From contig NW_014577080.1 of NCBI RefSeq assembly GCF_000485595.1, positions 71,458-105,149 on the forward strand: 33,692 nucleotides of DNA. The letters run 5' to 3'. The position numbers and the translations under genes were made by a program. Shown piece by piece: positions 22,438 through 33,692 of the stretch (positions within the stretch are counted from its first letter, which is position 1; every line of letters starts with the position of its first letter). The DNA comes from Priapulus caudatus (lineage: Eukaryota). The notes beneath the pieces are model-generated. The model ran no database searches, was not told the DNA's origin, and saw nothing but the letters and a program-made list of their open reading frames with translations.

Positions 22438-25400
22438 GTAAGTTGCGATCAGCACTGCTTGATATTATATCGTCGGGAAACTGCATCGTACGATCGAGGA
22501 AGAAAATTTCAACGTAACTATTGCTGTTACATGTTCGTATTGTATGGCACCTGTATTTTACTCATCGTGTTTGTTATTACGTAGGTGTTGCATAGGTAAA
22601 GGGGACAGCTGTTGTAGTGTGTAACATATGGTCAGCAATATAAAACAACATCGCAACAGGAAAGGACACCGGGGTGTAATCATGATAATCAGGGTAATTC
22701 GGCGTTATGCTTGTCGTGAGTTCGTCGCGTTAAAATGTTATGACGTGTATAATTACAAGCGATCCAGCGAATTTCAACTCGTTTTTCTAACATGATGCTC
22801 TACGATCTTCGTTTACTCGGGATATATCGGCTAGTTAATATTAAATTTCTTTATTTAAATCGATTAAGGGTTAATACTTTTTTAAATGGCACGTGGGTAA
22901 TAATTTATTGCACAACATGCAGGATCTAGGCATTTTTACACGATTTCTCTATGTCTAGTAGACGTGTGTGCCTGTGAATCATAGAAATTGTTAACTAAAA
23001 TGTAGAATGTCACTGGAATTTTGTAGAATTACACTCTTAAACCAACTGGACAAATGTATTAGCTATAGGGCGAGTATTGATTATTTATATAATATATGCA
23101 ACCGCGCAAGGTGATTGCGGGGTTGGCGCAAGATGTAGGAGCTAGGGAATACGGCTCCCTCATTGTGGGGAAAAGAGCTCGATTCGGAAATGATCTATAA
23201 ACAAAATTATTACTGTTATACTGTACCTCAAATTTCAGTGTTTACGACTTCGCTATTTACAAGTTATACAAACGTCAACGTATGACAATTGCAATAAGTC
23301 TTATATATACGTATTTGCTATGAATCAAATCAACTTGGTAATTAATTACAGGGTTTTCATATTAATTATGTAAATTACGTGCTTATGGATAAATGGATAT
23401 CAAATCTACAGCACAGACACACAAATGCTCTGTGTGACCTATTCTTCTCATAAAGAAATAACTAACCATTATAATGAGCACAACATCTAAATTTATTTCT
23501 TCGATGCATGAATATAAATTTATAATGCGAAATTCTGTAGGTTGGCTTTCCATGGATCAGGTTGTATTTTATACCACGTTTACAATACATACGTACATAG
23601 GTATATACACATTTGATATAAACCGTTTACGTCTGGCATTCCCAAGCATATTTAAATTGGTACTGCAGAGTTTATAAATAATCAGATAATAAGCGCATGC
23701 TCGAATTGTGGAGTAAACTGCATTCGGGATTTTTAACTCTAACATTCCACCCCCAGTACAGTTGATGCGAAAATTCTGGCAGTATATAGCTTCTCCAGCC
23801 CGACAGATATGGTGTCAACATAAACGCACACGCGATATCTGTTTACACTCCACTACAAAATGGTGGGCAGTGTTTACTTCATGGTTAATAAATCTGTTTT
23901 TACGTTGACGACATTATTTTACCAGCCCACATTTAGCGTATCTTATTATAGGTCCTATTATTGCCATTACATAATTGAACGAGAATAACATTGTCATATA
24001 TAACCAGTCATATAAACACAGGAATTATAAAACCATTTATAGGTACGAGTATTATAGAGGGATTATAGTGTCAACAACGACACCTCGACTAGAGGATTCA
24101 CACATACAGTGAATCTACCGTGAATTTAAACATGCACTCACTGGTATTAACTGCAATAGTTCTTGTATATATACGTCAAATAACATTTGGATAACGTATA
24201 TACGCTCAACCATATATATAACGTATATATATATAACATAACGTAACATATAACGTAATATATATATATAACGTAACATAACGTATATACACTACAACCC
24301 ATTGTATTGAGGAATGTAGTACAAAGTTATTTTTGATTTATCGTAACAAAAATGGTACAATAGCAATTTTAAAACAAAAATCAATTGCTTCTAATTTCTT
24401 GTACAAGCCTGAGACGAGGACGTCTCTACATTATTGTTGCGCATATGTGTATACATTCATATATTTCTTATATATTTTTAAAGCAAATGTACGCGTGATC
24501 ATCTATGCTCTAAATACCAACTGCACATGGCTGCGTGGTTTGTTTAATGTATATTGCATTTGCGGACACGATCTAAATTAGCACACGGAACACGACATGA
24601 TCGCTTAGCATATAAGCGTAAACTAGGATTATATGAAATATCCAGTGATTGATTCATTACGAATTCTGTTTAAACATTTGACGTCCTCTTCAGGTGCATG
24701 CGTGATTGAGACAGAAACGCAAGTATGCTTGCCTCGAATACAAGAAGTGCTTGTGGAACGGATTATAAACACAGGGTGTTCTGTTCTACGTGGACAAACA
24801 AGACAAGACGTCTGGCTAGCTGGAGCCACGTACAACTAGTGACGTTTATTATACAAACACCAACTGCGCATGACACGCGCATATATTCAGTAACAATAGA
24901 ACATCTCTCCCGTTTTCAAATGAAATTACACAAATTAAGTCATTCAGTATACAGCGTATAATTGCCACTCAATATTTAACATAAAGAACTATATATATGG
25001 TTGACAATACACTTAAACCATGTTCACGTCATAGCTTATACTATTTACATAGATGGTATCACTCTGGGTTTTATCACCCTACCATAAATCACGTTGATTT
25101 ATATGCTCTGGTACCAGGGTACGTTCCGGTATACCGGACCGTACCCAGGGTACGTTCCGGCAGTACCCTGGGGGACATAGACCCTCTCAGCCTCACTGGA
25201 CACAGATTTCTTAACTTCAGGCTGCTTTGCTGAGATTTATGTAAGCGGGTCAGATGTGATAGGGTTGTATGACGCTAGTAGCTTCTCATCGACACTAACG
25301 CTAGGCTGTATAGAACTGTCCCCATTCTGCTTCATAGCAGGATACATAGCCGACAAAGGTGGCTTCACCAGATGCCTCCGATTCGGCCGGTACACAGCAC

Positions 25401-28400
25401 CATCTGCATGGTGTACACACAACATACGAATGCACATCGTGCTTCCCAGATACCACTGCAGGGATCCACCTCCCATTACCAGTCTGTACTCTAACAGCAT
25501 CGCTAATTTCTAAAGGACAGAGCGGTTGTGCAGACTGGTCATGGTACTGTTTATAGTTATGCTGGCTGTATCATGTATCCACTGCCTTACTATGGATGGA
25601 TCAGGGGAGCTGGGCTTTATGCAGTAACTGCACTGACGTAGGGACAACCGACCGGAGTCGTCTCCTCATCAACAACTGTGATGGTAAATAACCCAAGCTC
25701 AATGGAGTAGTAAAGTACTCGAGTACACCAATGCAATAGTCTTTACCATCAGCTTTAGTCTTGCTGAGTATTCTCTTTACTGTCGGAACAGTGCGCTCAG
25801 CGTGACCATTAGATCTATGATAATGGGAGCTAGACGTTTGGTGCACAAACCCATACTGCTTCGCCATCCGTGCAAATTCCTGCGACGCATATTGCGGACC
25901 GTTATCCGACACACACTTCTCCGGTATTCCAAATCTGGAGAAAATGCATTTTAGCCGGTTGATGATGCAACTACTAGTCGTACTAGTCAACTTTTCGACC
26001 TCAAAGAACCGACTGTAGTAATCCACAACAACTAAATAATCACTCACTTCCCAGGTGAATAAATCACTGGCAACAACCTGCCATGGGTACTCAGGAACCT
26101 TGTGACACGTTAGGGGTTCTTTAACATTAGAGTTCCTACCAACTCAGTACCATATCTGTGATTTCGGCCGTTATTCTTGGCCAGAACACAATATCTCTTG
26201 CCCTCGAGAGACATTTCTCTACTCCCATGTGTCCTGCATGTATATTCTCTAGAAACCGTGTACGCAGTTCACTAGGAATATACATCTAATGACATTTCAT
26301 GATAATGCCCTCAAGAATGGTCAGCTCATCCCGAATATTTATCCCGAATATTTATATATATTAGCTTATCCCGAATAATTCCAAAGCTCGACGACAGACG
26401 GGGAACAATCTTTCCTTAACGAGGCCATCCTGTCATAATACCCATAATACACTGCACCAACAACTCGCACTGTGCATCTGCAGCAATAGCAGCTTTTACT
26501 TCCTGCAATCTTACATCACTGATGAGCAGATATGACAGAACCGTGTGGACATGTACCTCTAGCTTATTCGAAAACTCTGGGTATGTATTCGACACAAAAT
26601 TACGTGATAACGTGTCAGCCACCGGAATCTCCGTTCCTCTTACATACTTCAACACAATGGCATACTTCTGCAACTGTAATAACATGCGTTGCAATCGTGG
26701 CGGTGCAACATGCAAACGCTTGCTAAAGATAGCCGTCAACGGTTTGTGATCCGTCTCTACCACTGTTTGCTTTCCGTACACATACTGGTGAAACCTTTTA
26801 CAGCCAAACCGTATTGAATAAGCTCTTTCTCTATCTGAGCATAACCAACTTCCGTGGTAGGGAGAGACTTAATTAGATGCATACTCCACAGGGCGTCCCT
26901 CCTGTAGAACTACTGCGCCCAGGCCATATTTTGATGCATCGACTTGTAGACAGGTATCTTTCGAGGGGTCAAAATATGCCAACACAGGACTCTGTGTGAG
27001 GATCTCTTTCACTTTCTGAAATTCATCATGCTGGGCATCATTCCATATAAAAACTGCATCCTTGGCCATCAATTGCCTTAAGGGCTTCGTGATCTCAGCT
27101 AGATTTGGTGAGAACTTCGATTGGTAAGTGATCATTCCTAACAGAGTAGCTAATTCTGCTTTGTTCCCTGGGGCCTGCATACCGCATAGATCCTGTATCT
27201 TGCTTGGATCAGGCTTGACCCCCTCTGCTGTCAACAGGTGTCCAAAGAAAGGGACTTCAGTGGCTCTGACCACCAGCTTATCCTTATTAAGCTTTATTCC
27301 TCTTTCCGAACAACGCTTCAACAGACTCCTTTTATTATAGGTATATATACGATTATATACGATTATACTAGGTATTTATTAGCTCTTGTATATATATACC
27401 GCTTCGTTAACCTGAGATACTTGATCTGGTTACTATTTTGTGTCAGATCAATCTAGCTGCACATTACAGCTTTTATATTGAGCCATCGACGTCACAGCAG
27501 TTTCAATTAAATCAGCACTTGGCACGGCCCACCTTACCTTCCACATTACTTAGAAAGCACGTCTCAGCAACCCAGGCCACAGTAATTGTTCTTACATCAT
27601 GCCTTACGCTCACACCATAGGCGCCCACACAGCCATCCACAGCACACTAATCCAGGCAACTGGGACCATCCCGTGAGAACTCATATTACCAGCCCTCGAG
27701 GCTTCAACATCCATACAAATAAGCACAATGAAAATAACCCTCGTTACAGTAATCCTCAATACAATAACCCTTATGTCAGAGACCCTCAATACAATAACCC
27801 TTACGCCAGAGACCTTCAATACAATATTACCATGACGTCAGTTACCTTAGTATCATTACAGAGACCCTGACTACAGTTACCTTCACTACAGTTACCCTCA
27901 CTACGGTCACCATCACTACAGTTACCATCACATCAGTTACCCGCAGTACATGCAGTTACCCTCACTACAGTTAACTTCACTACAGTTACCCGCAGTACAG
28001 TTACCCTCACTACAGTTACCCTCACGTCAGTTACCCTCACGTCAGTTACGCTGAGAGGATCTCTGTCCCCCAGGGTACTGCCGGAACGTACCCTGGGTAC
28101 GGTCCGGTATACCGGAACGTACCCTGGTACTATCTAATATGCCGGACCGTACCTCGCCTACTCCACTAACGAGTCTAGGGAGTCGCCTACGCCTACTCCC
28201 TAACCATAACCCTAACCCTAACCATATCAGATAGTCACTGGACGTTCCAGTATACCGGACCGTACCCAGGGTACGTTCCGGCAGTACCCTGGGGGACATA
28301 GACCCTATGAGCGTCAGGCACCCCTCACGTCAGCCATCTTATAAGCAGCCAACGCCACACTACCACGTAATAACCGTCCGCATCTCAGCACCATACGCTA

Positions 28401-30164
28401 CAGAAACCCATAACAGCAGCCTGCACCGTAGCAGCCTGCGTCATAGCCTCTAGCGCCACAGCAAGCACGCGGCGCAGTAGGACACGAAGGGCCGTTGTCG
28501 TATAATGGCGTATAATATGTACCCGATGTAACTATCTGATATGGTTAGGGTTAGGGTTGGGGTGTTAGGGTTAGGGTTAGGATGAGGGTTAGGGTTAGGG
28601 TTAGGGAGTAGGCGTAGGCGTAGGCGACATATTCGCCGACACCTCGGGTACTACATATACGACAACGACCCCTTCAGCCGCAGTAGGTGGCAGGCACATA
28701 TGGGCTGCCTGCCCACGCTTTAGCAGCCCACGCAACAGCAAGCAAGCACGCGGCGCAGTAGATGGCAGGCACATGGGCTGCCTGCCCACGCTTAGCAGAC
28801 AAAGGCAACAGCAAGCAAGCACGCGCCTCAGCTAGAATCGATAGGTCCCCTCAACATGCTAAACGCCTTGCCAGTGGAAAGCGAAAACGGTCAGCTGAAA
28901 TCGATTGACAGAGCATTTCTAGCAATAGATTCGCCATATATAATAGTGTACAGTGGCGAGATATTGACAAATATACTCCGTTTGTGTAGCGTCACAACAC
29001 ATCACCTATCCTATATACCACTATACTCGGAGTACTTCCTGCATTGTTTGGGTAGCGCTAACCCCGTGTATAGCCATCGAGTGTGAAGGAGCGCAAGCGG
29101 TCACGAAGCGTTGCTACGCAGCCATTCGCATTTCATACAAAGAGATCCATTGCTACGCGGTGAAAGTTCTGGGTTATGGAGAGCGACACTGATACTTTAG
29201 CCGGTATCTCGTTGCCCACTGTAGTCACTAGGTTTTATTAAAGTTCATTTTGGGATGGATTACAGTTTACGTTAATCCTTAAAATAATGTGCAAATTGCA
29301 TAATACTTAGAGAAAAAACATACATTAAATGTGTATATATGTAATATATAATATATATATATAAATAAATAAATAAATAAATAAATAATAATAAATAAAT
29401 AAATAATAAATAAATAAATAAACTATATATATATATATATATATATATAGTATATATCGCGTGTACATTTACAATATACATTATGCCATATACAAAAAAA
29501 TTTACCATCGAAATATTGCATTCTATTCACTACATGTCGATTTCTTTAACAATAACATTCGTAGTTGTCAAACATAAAGCGCGTAGGCCAAACCAGCTTG
29601 AAACGTGCCTTTTCTCATGCACGCAGTGTTTCTGTATGTTTTGCTCAGCTGTGTGCTGTGTCGGGTGGCGTGTGTGCGCTTGCTCGCCGAGCAGAACGCG
29701 AAACGCTGGAAAACAAAATTTCCCGTTTTGCTCGCGTGTGTGCACTAGGCTTAGTTTGGACGTGGTTACGTTAAGTTTAGACGTGGTTTCGCACGGAAAG
29801 TCTGATACTTTGTTCATATAGTGTTTTAGAAATACGCGTTTAGTAGTCTAATGACTAGTTTAAGACGGTATTCAGTATAATGTAGTATTCAGATAAGAAA
29901 GTGCGGTTTCTTAACGTCTTTATATAATTGAAACATGGTAAAATTGGTGTATATATGTACGCACTAGTACAGTGAGTGTAGGATATATGACATTACCAAA
30001 GCTTAAGCTAAATATCGCAATTGCAAAGGTTGTCGAAAAATATCTAGCATACGTGCATTGCATTGCGCACGCGCGTGTGTGTGCGTGTGCGTATGCGTGT
30101 TTGTATGTATACATGCTGAGGGAGAGAGTGAGAGTGAGAGTGAGTGCGAGAGCGAGAGCGAGCG

Positions 30165-30211
<47 letters not shown>

Positions 30212-31919
30212 AAAAAAGCGTCGGGAGGTTGGAGAGCGGACAGGTAGCGAGGTGGTTGGATAGATCGATAGATAGCATTTGCGTCCACACCTAGAGTGAA
30301 GCAAATCTACTGACACATACAAAAGTGCGTAGGCCCTTCAAGCACGCCCACGTACACGCAAAGGTCGTCTATGACGTACCACTGAATGACAAGTTTTGTG
30401 AACTGAATTCGTTTACCATTGTTGCGAATGCGTTCTCACACGTCACCAGCCCACGTGACAGTAGCCACGCTAACAGCACGCGATTTCATAGAAAGAGTGA
30501 TAAATTAAGAGATGATTCATTCTGTTTTATATTGCATTCATTGTTTTTAACAGAACAAGGCTTACAATCACAATGTTAAAGTATGATATACGACGCGATG
30601 ATTAAGGTAGCTTTACTCAAAACTCTCTTGTCTCAATGAGGTGAAACCCAATGGACGTATTACATGAACGTACTGTGTACAAGAATGTATTACTTCTTCT
30701 GTTAGTCCTGTCACGCCTATAGCTCATAGTAACATATAACTCTGACTGGTTTAATCCGTACATCTGCAGCATCGTTACAGAGTTTTCTATACGTTTGTCA
30801 TTTACTTAATAAATATATTGCGGTCGATATTGATCAAACAGCGTTATTATTCATGCAAGTTATAGAATAGGACTATACAGATATACTTTACTATACCCTA
30901 TATAATATAATATCTTATGTATCCTATACGCCTAGGCATTATTTCTGCTACAATTGCATTACATTCTACATTCACACAATAATGGCCATCGAGCGATCGA
31001 GACGAAATGTTTATCTAAATTTCAGAATGAAATACTACTTTTTCCCCGAATAAAATATTCATCGAAGCCAATACTGTTATCCACGTCAACTCTGATTCGC
31101 ACTTGATTCCATCGTTTGGGGGTCTTATATGAATAATAATCAGCGAGGCGCCGGTCTATTTTGTCTTCTTTCAGCATCACGGGAAGGAAAACTGTCGACC
31201 CCAGCGCTAGTCGGCATCGCGATCGGCTCGTCGGTGCTGCTCGCCGTCATGGTCGCCATGATGTACGTTTGCTATCGGCGGCGCTACAACGGCACCAAGC
31301 TGTCATCTGCCATCAAAAAAACGCTGCGGGAACCAGCTCCCGGCAGCCTCATGGCCTCACCGACGGGCATCAAGACAATTCACGTCGTCACGAAGAAGAG
31401 TCCAAGTCCGACGCAGCCGCAGAAGGAGTTCCCGCAGCTAGAGATATCGAGAAAGTTCAGCGGCACGTCGAAGAGCCCGAGTCCGGGCGACGTCGGCGCC
31501 AAATCTCTCAGCCCGAATTTCCACGTCGAGAACGAGGAGCGAGTGTGCAGCAAGCTGTCGCCGTCGAGCGACGGCAGCATCAAGGAGAGCGACGAGACGA
31601 GGGTGACGCTGACGAACAAGGACGGCAAGCTGGGCGACCTGCACTTCATGCTGCGCTACAACTTCGAGAAGGGCGCCTTTCTCGTGACGGTGTTGCGAGC
31701 CGTGGATCTGCCGGCGAAGGACACCAACACGGGCAGCTCCGATCCCTACGTGAAGCTGCAGCTGCTGCCCGAGAAGCAGCACAAGGTGAAGACGCGCGTG
31801 CTGCGCAAGACGACGAATCCCGTTTACAACGAAGAGTTCACCTTCTACGGGCTCACGTACAACCAGCTGCAGACGATCACCCTTCACTTCGTCATCCTCA
31901 GCTTTGACAGGTGAGTGGG

Positions 31920-32009
<90 letters not shown>

Positions 32010-32569
32010 NNNNNNNNNNNNNNNNNNNNNNNNNNNNNNNNNNNNNNNNNNNNNNNNNNNNNNNNNNNNNNNNNNNNNNNNNNNNNNNNNNNNNNNNNNN
32101 NNNNNNNNNNNNNNNNNNNNNNNNNNNNNNNNNNNNNNNNNNNNNNNNNNNNNNNNNNNNNNNNNNNNNNNNNNNNNNNNNNNNNNNNNNNNNNNNNNNN
32201 NNNNNNNNNNNNNNNNNNNNNNNNNNNNNNNNNNNNNNNNNNNNNNNNNNNNNNNNNNNNNNNNNNNNNNNNNNNNNNNNNNNNNNNNNNNNNNNNNNNN
32301 NNNNNNNNNNNNNNNNNNNNNNNNNNNNNNNNNNNNNNNNNNNNNNNNNNNNNNNNNNNNNNNNNNNNNNNNNNNNNNNNNNNNNNNNNNNNNNNNNNNN
32401 NNNNNNNNNNNNNNNNNNNNNNNNNNNNNNNNNNNNNNNNNNNNNNNNNNNNNNNNNNNNNNNNNNNNNNNNNNNNNNNNNNNNNNNNNNNNNNNNNNNN
32501 NNNNNNNNNNNNNNNNNNNNNGCACGCACACGTACGCACGAACGCACGAACGCACGCTCGCGCGCGCAC

Positions 32570-32614
<45 letters not shown>

Positions 32615-33374
32615 CGCGCGCACGAACACACACTACCATAATGTCGTGCGTGTGCAAAAGTGCAATAGCTATGCAGGTTGGATGTCCATCACTTATCCCA
32701 ATAACATTATACACTCACTAACACACACAGCATGTGCGTGTTCGTGCGTGCGTGCGTGCGTGTGATTTTGCGTGTTTTCCACAGTTTCTAGGTGGTGGGT
32801 GCTAAACCATATAGGCCTAACGTGAGTGGGTTAGCTATAGAAAAACGGACTGTGAAATCACGCACCATCTGCGTTAACGATTGAAATACAGCACGCACTA
32901 TTGTCCCATCTTTCCTTCCCCTTGCGGCTTCCATCAATCTTGTTACAAATAAAAATAACTCGTGCATTATTGAACTTTTATCATCACAACTACATAATGC
33001 ATGCTGGTAAGCTTTGCTGTTATTAAAATTCTGTAGAAATGGGGGAAAATTAAAATTACGCTAAAACAACCCCTCATCAGTTATGCCTACGCACACCCAC
33101 AAACACACGCAAATAGATTATTCGTGTATTACGCGTTTTGTAAATTATTTCAAATACAACTAAAGTTAACTAAGGCAATAAGAAGTCTGAATGTTTGTCT
33201 CTCTGTTAAGAAAATTTATTCATTTGGTTGCCTCAGTGATAGTAAAATTATGCTTTGATTGACAGATATTCTCGAGATGACATAATTGGCGAAGTCCAGT
33301 TTCCACTGAAGGATGTTGACCTCAAGGAATCAGAGATGACTGTTCATCGTGAGATAACACCAAGAAACCTGAAG
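22413..33374 (+). CDS. Syt4: Synaptotagmin-4 (SYT4/SYT11 co-orthologue), 5' partial; C2B exons lie beyond the window
   Basis: Exons 22413-22437, 31175-31910 and 33266-33374 join in phase. Short luminal N-terminus, one TM helix ([24 protein letters not shown]), linker, then C2A ([25 protein letters not shown]...[15 protein letters not shown]) with the Asp-to-Ser change typical of Syt4/11. Confidence 0.9.
25192..27331 (-). mobile_element. Decayed Ty3/Gypsy LTR-retrotransposon pol fragment (RT C-terminus, RNase H, integrase), antisense in Syt4 intron 1
   Basis: GIKLNKDK...FFGHLL...GVKPDPSK; RNase [29 protein letters not shown]; integrase [46 protein letters not shown]; tail [14 protein letters not shown] order is the Gypsy order. 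Several stops and frameshifts; no LTR or gag seen. Confidence 0.93.
27733..28049. repeat. Minisatellites: 3 x 30 bp (27733-27825) and about 11 x 15 bp ctacagttaccctca (about 27868-28049)
   Basis: Read directly. Confidence 0.85.
28182..28628. repeat. Inverted pair of telomere-like tracts with shared flanks: (CCCTAA)n at 28182-28235 and (TTAGGG)n at 28531-28628
   Basis: gtcgcctacgcctactccctaacc...atatcagatagt versus actatctgatatggttaggg...agtaggcgtaggcgac. Confidence 0.85.
28680..28826. repeat. About 75 bp tandem duplication; a partial unit also lies at about 28458-28480
   Basis: gcagtagrtggcaggcaca...gggctgcctgcccacgc...cagcaagcaagcacgcg occurs twice. Confidence 0.8.
29334..29457. repeat. 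(TA)n/(TAAA)n microsatellite
   Basis: Read directly. Confidence 0.9.
30117..30207. repeat. (GA)n compound microsatellite
   Basis: Read directly. Confidence 0.9.
31175..31910 (+). CDS. Syt4: Syt4 exon 2: TM helix, linker and most of C2A
   Basis: ttgtcttctttcag|CA; lies within ORF 31129-31914; AG|gtgagt, phase 2. Confidence 0.95.
31919..32632. repeat. (GT)n and (CA)n tracts flanking the assembly gap at 32010-32521 (Syt4 intron 2)
   Basis: Read directly. Confidence 0.9.
33266..33374 (+). CDS. Syt4: Syt4 exon 3: end of C2A
   Basis: tgacag|[41 protein letters not shown]|gtaagg. Confidence 0.93.
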
Positions 33375-33692
33375 GTAAGGCAATATAAGTGGAGCCAGAG
33401 ACAGAGTCGAGACCTAACTATAGCGCGTTAAGTATAAGCGCAATATAACCATACATGCATGCATAGTTGCATACCGCATATTTAAAATGAAATGAATGAC
33501 AACAATAATGTAAGTATGATAAATAGAATGACGACAATATTTTAGTAAAAGTTCATATGAGTAGATACAGTATTAACAGGATTTTTACGCAATAATGTGA
33601 TGGACACACAGACAAACAAAAGAAGAGTCCTCAATAAATAACATATTTCTAACGCTTGCACAATATACATTTCAAACTATGTAGGCAACGAT

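Larger units (their letters stand above)
25111..28306. repeat. Three copies of an 81 bp internally palindromic module: 25111-25191 (+), 28050-28130 (-), 28242-28306 (+, partial)
   Basis: gtaccagggtacgttccggtataccggaccgtacccagggtacgttccggcagtaccctgggggacatagaccctctcagc; the first two match at 79/81 by manual comparison. Confidence 0.9.

Noticed and set aside
27586..27870. 94 aa ORF with NPYxRDPQYN repeats
   Set aside because: Arises from the 30 bp minisatellite inside a repeat block; no splice or homology support.
27733..28049. CRISPR-like array
   Set aside because: Contiguous tandem units without unique spacers, no cas genes, eukaryotic intron.
28531..28628. True telomere or chromosome-fusion site
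   Set aside because: Short, impure, intronic and embedded in repeat-element flanks.
31129..31174. ATG at 31129 as the Syt4 start
   Set aside because: It overlaps a strong pyrimidine-tract acceptor at 31174, and the upstream mini-exon at 22413 fits better. Not formally excluded.
31919..32632. (GT)n/(CA)n pairing as an intronic stem
   Set aside because: The tracts are separated by a gap, so their true length and spacing are unknown, and such repeats are common in this window.

Overview
Eukaryotic (invertebrate metazoan) draft-genome window with GT-AG introns, microsatellites and three N gaps; it is not prokaryotic. I read two + strand genes by hand from splice sites and reading phase. (1) A complete 20-coding-exon ZC3H13 (Flacc/Xio, m6A writer-complex adaptor) at 2888-16557, 4392 nt CDS, about 1463 aa. 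(2) The 5' part of a synaptotagmin-4/11 orthologue (exons 22413-22437, 31175-31910, 33266-33374) that continues past the window. Non-coding DNA holds many mobile-element relics: a 630 bp fold-back palindrome, a MITE nested in another TIR element (ZC3H13 intron 5), an uninterrupted Penelope-type GIY-YIG endonuclease domain (ZC3H13 intron 18), and a decayed Gypsy pol fragment bracketed by near-perfect 81 bp inverted repeats beside telomere-like repeats (Syt4 intron 1). I cannot demonstrate a new biological system. The best leads are the GIY-YIG domain, which has a weak in-frame splice acceptor, and the IR-bounded Gypsy composite. Homology calls come from motif recognition, not database searches, and parts of the sequence look like low-quality gap fill.
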